In this document: one piece after another, positions 48,403 to 51,533 of the stretch
How positions within the stretch are numbered: the stretch's first letter is position 1
Layout: every line of letters begins with the position of its first letter
IMG/VR virus record: IMGVR_UViG_2711768018_000019
DNA length: 51,533 nucleotides
Origin: a virus
Taxonomy: Duplodnaviria; Heunggongvirae; Uroviricota; Caudoviricetes
Direction: 5' to 3' (one strand)
Notes under the pieces: generated by a model
Database searches by the model: none
Told to the model about the DNA's origin: nothing
Seen by the model: the letters and a program-made list of their open reading frames with translations, nothing else
Position numbers and translations under genes: made by a program

Positions 48403-48624
48403 AAAAGATCCTTTTTAAAAGCGGAAGGGGCAGGATATATTGGAACCGTTGAACATCCTGCCCGGCAGGATCAGTGAGCATAAGCTCAACAGTAAAATAT
48501 TACTGTTCATTATCAGAGCCGCCCTTGCATGCGCAAGAGGAAAAACCTGCCCCATCCCTTTGAATTATTACAATTTAATGATCTTAAAGTCAATACAAGT
48601 GAATGGTGTCCAGAGATGATGAAC
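48403..48624 (-). ncRNA. Candidate structured ncRNA (retron msr/msd-like or DRT-type) upstream of the membrane-protein/RT operon
   Basis: On the minus strand: promoter-like -35 TTGACT (48593..48588) and -10 TAATAA (48570..48565), then inverted repeats GGATGGGGCAGG (48557..48546) and CCTGCCCCTTCC (48434..48423), 11/12 complementary, enclosing three hairpins. No ORF. Confidence 0.35.
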
Positions 48625-48873
48625 TTAATGAACAAACCACTCGTCAGCAGACTCCCAGGTATCTTTCAGAGTCTCCTGAACAAAAGTTTTAGCTGAATCT
48701 TTATCAGCGGTGCGCGTAACAGAAAGGCCATCGTTGCTGGTGGCTTTTACGATCACTTCTACATCGTCATAACGTTTACTGATGCGTCGGGTTAATTCTT
48801 CCTTTAACGCATCCACAGCACCGGTTGGCATTTTAGTCATTTTTTCTTTGGCTATGCAGATTTCAATACGCAT
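48625..48873 (-). CDS. dinI: DinI-family damage-inducible protein
   Basis: 82 aa; [11 protein letters not shown] ... [16 protein letters not shown] matches the DinI family. Preceded by two LexA boxes. Confidence 0.75.
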   Translation of the reverse strand: MRIEICIAKEKMTKMPTGAVDALKEELTRRISKRYDDVEVIVKATSNDGLSVTRTADKDSAKTFVQETLKDTWESADEWFVH

Positions 48874-48887
48874 AAAAGTCCCCTACA

Positions 48888-48931
48888 CTGTATTTGTATA
48901 CAGTATTATTTTTAACTGTATGGATAAACAG
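48888..48931. promoter_or_regulatory. Two LexA (SOS) boxes in the dinI promoter
   Basis: CTGTatttgtatACAG (48888-48903) and CTGTatggataaACAG (48916-48931), both matching CTGT-N8-ACAG, between the integrase stop and the dinI start. Confidence 0.7.
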
Positions 48932-48933
48932 TG

Positions 48934-50031
48934 TCAAGAGGTCTTATTTCTGCTCCTTTGGAGTTCTTCAAAACGATTATGTAAAGATTTCGGATACAGT
49001 TCGGTATATACCTGCCATAGCACGTTTAATGAACGATGCCCTGTAACCTGAGCGACTTCCTCAATACTAAAACCAGCCTCAAATAAGCGACTTGCCCCTT
49101 CTCTACGCAAATCATGGTATCTCAGATCTTTAATACCTAATTTGCTTCTTACCCTCTGAAATCCTGCGGTAACAGAAGTGCTGTTATATGGAAAAATGAA
49201 TTCTGATTTTTTGGGTTGTCGCTGGACGATATCCCAGGCTTCCCCAAGCAAGGCAACTTTCATATGGTTGCCTTCCTTTTTACGTGGATCTTTCCTGTCT
49301 CTTACTAGTATAGATTTTTGTTCCTGGTCGAGATCTTCCCATCGTAACCGGCATACTTCTCCGATTCGCATACAGGACCACACAGAAAATTTGAGGATAT
49401 CAACGAACGGAATTTTTGAGCATTTATGAGTAGATCGTTGTTGAAGGCCTTCAATGAGCATGTTCAGTTCATCAGATGCTGGTCTACGATTACGACGGTT
49501 TGATTTACCAATCAAACCGAGTTTAAGTAGATATGGACGAGCGCTTTTCGCCGGGTTTGATGTGTAATTGATTCCGTATACAGGTTTTGCCGCATCCAGA
49601 ACACTGCCAAGATAACTAACATCGTGGCTGACTGTTGCTGGGCCTGCACCAGCGTTGTTTCTTAGCCTGCAATGTTCAATTACGTCATTTTCTGTCAGTT
49701 CAGATAGTTTGATCGCGGAGATGTCACTATCCATAAGCAGTTCCAGCACATATCTTTTAGTACGGCCTGCTTTACCTCCGGCATTTGGGTCATTTAAATA
49801 TTTGTGTAGTAAGTCACGGACTGTAAGTCCGTCAACAGCATTTGATGATGGAATGCCATATAGATCTAATTCCATCACTTTCTGTGCGCCCCATGTTTTG
49901 GCATGAGCATGTTTAGGGAATGTTTTGCTTTCCCTGTAAGTGATAACACCTTTTTCTTTGATAATCACATTACAGCGATAGCGTGGTGTGCCATCGGATT
50001 TTAGTCGTTTCTCTATGTTATAGTACGCCAT
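48934..50031 (-). CDS. int: Tyrosine integrase (DusA-associated family)
   Basis: 365 aa with C-terminal catalytic-domain motifs (HDLRREGASRL, VTGHRSLNVLWQVY); lies immediately beside and divergent from dusA. Confidence 0.85.
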   Translation of the reverse strand: MAYYNIEKRLKSDGTPRYRCNVIIKEKGVITYRESKTFPKHAHAKTWGAQKVMELDLYGIPSSNAVDGLTVRDLLHKYLNDPNAGGKAGRTKRYVLELLMDSDISAIKLSELTENDVIEHCRLRNNAGAGPATVSHDVSYLGSVLDAAKPVYGINYTSNPAKSARPYLLKLGLIGKSNRRNRRPASDELNMLIEGLQQRSTHKCSKIPFVDILKFSVWSCMRIGEVCRLRWEDLDQEQKSILVRDRKDPRKKEGNHMKVALLGEAWDIVQRQPKKSEFIFPYNSTSVTAGFQRVRSKLGIKDLRYHDLRREGASRLFEAGFSIEEVAQVTGHRSLNVLWQVYTELYPKSLHNRFEELQRSRNKTS

Positions 50032-50119
50032 TACACGACCTCGTTATTTCGGGTTCCCATAAAGCGTGGGAACCTGTGCGGGAACCTAACGCGAGAAAAA
50101 TAGCCTGAAATGTTCAAAA

Positions 50120-51157
50120 ATGCACGATAATCCTGAAACACAGAAAACTAATCAAACCAGCGTGATGCCTGAAAAAACTGGCGCTTACTGGAGTTCTCGG
50201 TTTAGCATTGCTCCTATGCTCGACTGGACGGACAGACATTGCCGCTATTTCTTGCGTCTGCTTTCCCGCAATACGTTGCTGTATACCGAAATGGTGACCA
50301 CAGGGGCGATTATTCACGGTAAAGGTGATTACCTGGCGTACAGTGAAGAAGAACATCCGGTAGCGTTGCAACTCGGCGGTAGCGATCCGGCGGCGCTGGC
50401 ACAGTGTGCGAAGCTGGCAGAAGCGCGTGGATATGATGAGATCAACCTGAATGTCGGCTGCCCGTCTGACCGGGTGCAGAACGGCATGTTTGGTGCGTGT
50501 CTGATGGGTAATGCGCAGCTGGTTGCCGACTGCGTGAAAGCGATGCGCGATGTGGTGTCGATTCCAGTGACGGTGAAAACGCGTATTGGCATCGATGACC
50601 AGGACAGCTATGAATTTCTCTGCGATTTCATCAACACCGTTTCCGGCAAAGGCGAGTGTGAGATGTTTATCATCCACGCACGTAAAGCCTGGCTTTCGGG
50701 GTTAAGCCCGAAAGAAAACCGTGAAATCCCGCCACTCGATTATCCGCGTGTGTATCAACTGAAGCGTGACTTTCCGCATCTGACAATGTCGATTAACGGT
50801 GGTATCAAGTCGCTGGAAGAGGCCAAAGCACACCTGCAACATATGGATGGCGTGATGGTCGGGCGCGAGGCGTATCAGAATCCGGGTATTCTGGCGGCGG
50901 TAGACCGGGAGATCTTTGGTTCCTCGGATACCGATGCCGATCCGGTGGCGGTAGTGCGCGCCATGTATCCGTACATTGAGCGTGAACTCAGCCAGGGGAC
51001 GTATCTCGGCCATATTACCCGGCATATGTTGGGCTTGTTCCAGGGTATTCCTGGCGCGCGGCAGTGGCGGCGTTATTTAAGTGAAAATGCCCATAAAGCG
51101 GGTGCAGACATTAATGTGCTGGAACACGCGCTCAAACTGGTGGCGGATAAGCGTTAA
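50120..51157 (+). CDS. dusA: tRNA-dihydrouridine synthase A
   Basis: 345 aa; TIM-barrel Dus family ([22 protein letters not shown] ... NLNVGCPS ... catalytic Cys region). The first ~25 codons are probably prophage-derived. Confidence 0.9.
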   Translation: MHDNPETQKTNQTSVMPEKTGAYWSSRFSIAPMLDWTDRHCRYFLRLLSRNTLLYTEMVTTGAIIHGKGDYLAYSEEEHPVALQLGGSDPAALAQCAKLAEARGYDEINLNVGCPSDRVQNGMFGACLMGNAQLVADCVKAMRDVVSIPVTVKTRIGIDDQDSYEFLCDFINTVSGKGECEMFIIHARKAWLSGLSPKENREIPPLDYPRVYQLKRDFPHLTMSINGGIKSLEEAKAHLQHMDGVMVGREAYQNPGILAAVDREIFGSSDTDADPVAVVRAMYPYIERELSQGTYLGHITRHMLGLFQGIPGARQWRRYLSENAHKAGADINVLEHALKLVADKR

Positions 51158-51239
51158 CTTTTCACCAAAAAGTAGTCAAATTCACCACGCCCTGCGCACC
51201 GTCGCGGGGCGTTTTGCTGTTAAATCAATAGATTATTTT

Positions 51240-51255
51240 TGGCATGATTCTTGTA
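51240..51255 (+). promoter_or_regulatory. Candidate sigma-54 promoter for pspG
   Basis: TGGCATgattcTTGTA resembles the -24/-12 consensus TGGCAC-N5-TTGCA, about 36 nt upstream of the pspG ATG. Confidence 0.35.
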
Positions 51256-51290
51256 ATGCCAGCAAGAGATTTCATATTTGGGAGAGCATC

Positions 51291-51533
51291 ATGCTGGAAC
51301 TACTTTTTGTGATTGGCTTTTTTGTCATGCTGATGGTCACCGGCGTTTCGTTGCTGGGCATTATCGCCGCGCTGGTTGTGGCGACGGCCATTATGTTCCT
51401 CGGCGGTATGCTGGCATTGATGATTAAGTTGCTGCCGTGGTTACTACTGGCGATTGCGGTGGTGTGGGTTATTAAGGCGATTAAAGCACCAAAAGTGCCG
51501 AAATATCAGCGTTATGACCGCTGGCGTTACTAA
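51291..51533 (+). CDS. pspG: Phage shock protein G
   Basis: 80-aa hydrophobic protein MLELLFVIGFFVMLMVTGVSLLGI ... KVPKYQRYDRWRY matching PspG, in its expected position after dusA. RBS gggag. Confidence 0.85.
   Translation: MLELLFVIGFFVMLMVTGVSLLGIIAALVVATAIMFLGGMLALMIKLLPWLLLAIAVVWVIKAIKAPKVPKYQRYDRWRY

Larger units (their letters stand above)
1..50119. mobile_element. Lambdoid prophage (partial; left end lies outside the window), integrated at the 5' end of dusA
   Basis: Contiguous phage gene order: immunity, replication, Q, lysis, terminase, head, tail, tail fibre, then a minus-strand tyrosine integrase adjacent to dusA. The tail genes match lambda H/M/L/K/I/J closely. Confidence 0.85.

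Noticed and set aside
1-51533. tRNA, rRNA or insertion-sequence elements
   Set aside because: By inspection I found no tRNA-like or rRNA sequence, and no transposase gene or terminal inverted repeats. The integrase is a phage-type tyrosine recombinase, not an IS transposase. A dedicated tRNA scan was not possible.

Overview
This window is almost entirely a lambdoid (lambda/phage-21-like) prophage sitting beside a tRNA-dihydrouridine synthase gene (dusA) and pspG, with the gene content and order of an Escherichia/Shigella-type chromosome. Left to right: (i) an accessory early-left region on the minus strand, with a Panacea-domain protein plus overlapping partner ORF, a PrtN-like regulator, an AT-rich membrane protein and a YfdQ-like gene; (ii) the immunity region (CI, Cro-like, YdaT-like) with recognisable OL/OR operators; (iii) replication and nin-like genes (HTH replication protein with internal iteron-like repeats, Dam-like methyltransferase, LexA-DBD protein, RusA, KilA-N, DUF968, antiterminator Q); (iv) late-region morons (lipoprotein, DPPY methyltransferase) and a phage-21-type lysis cassette; (v) terminase, portal, protease-capsid fusion and a full lambda-type tail module; (vi) a second, gapped lambda-like tail module (H'-M'-L'-K'-I'-J') separated by five N-runs, probably scaffold chimerism; (vii) lom, stf and tfa; and (viii) a minus-strand accessory island next to the integrase. 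That island is the most interesting part: an AT-rich operon encoding a small multi-TM (SLATT-like) protein overlapping a 456-aa reverse transcriptase, preceded by a highly structured non-coding region bounded by 12-nt inverted repeats, with two LexA boxes and dinI immediately upstream. I propose it as a candidate defence-associated RT system with its own ncRNA. All homology statements are from reading the translations and from memory of the named families; no database search was run.
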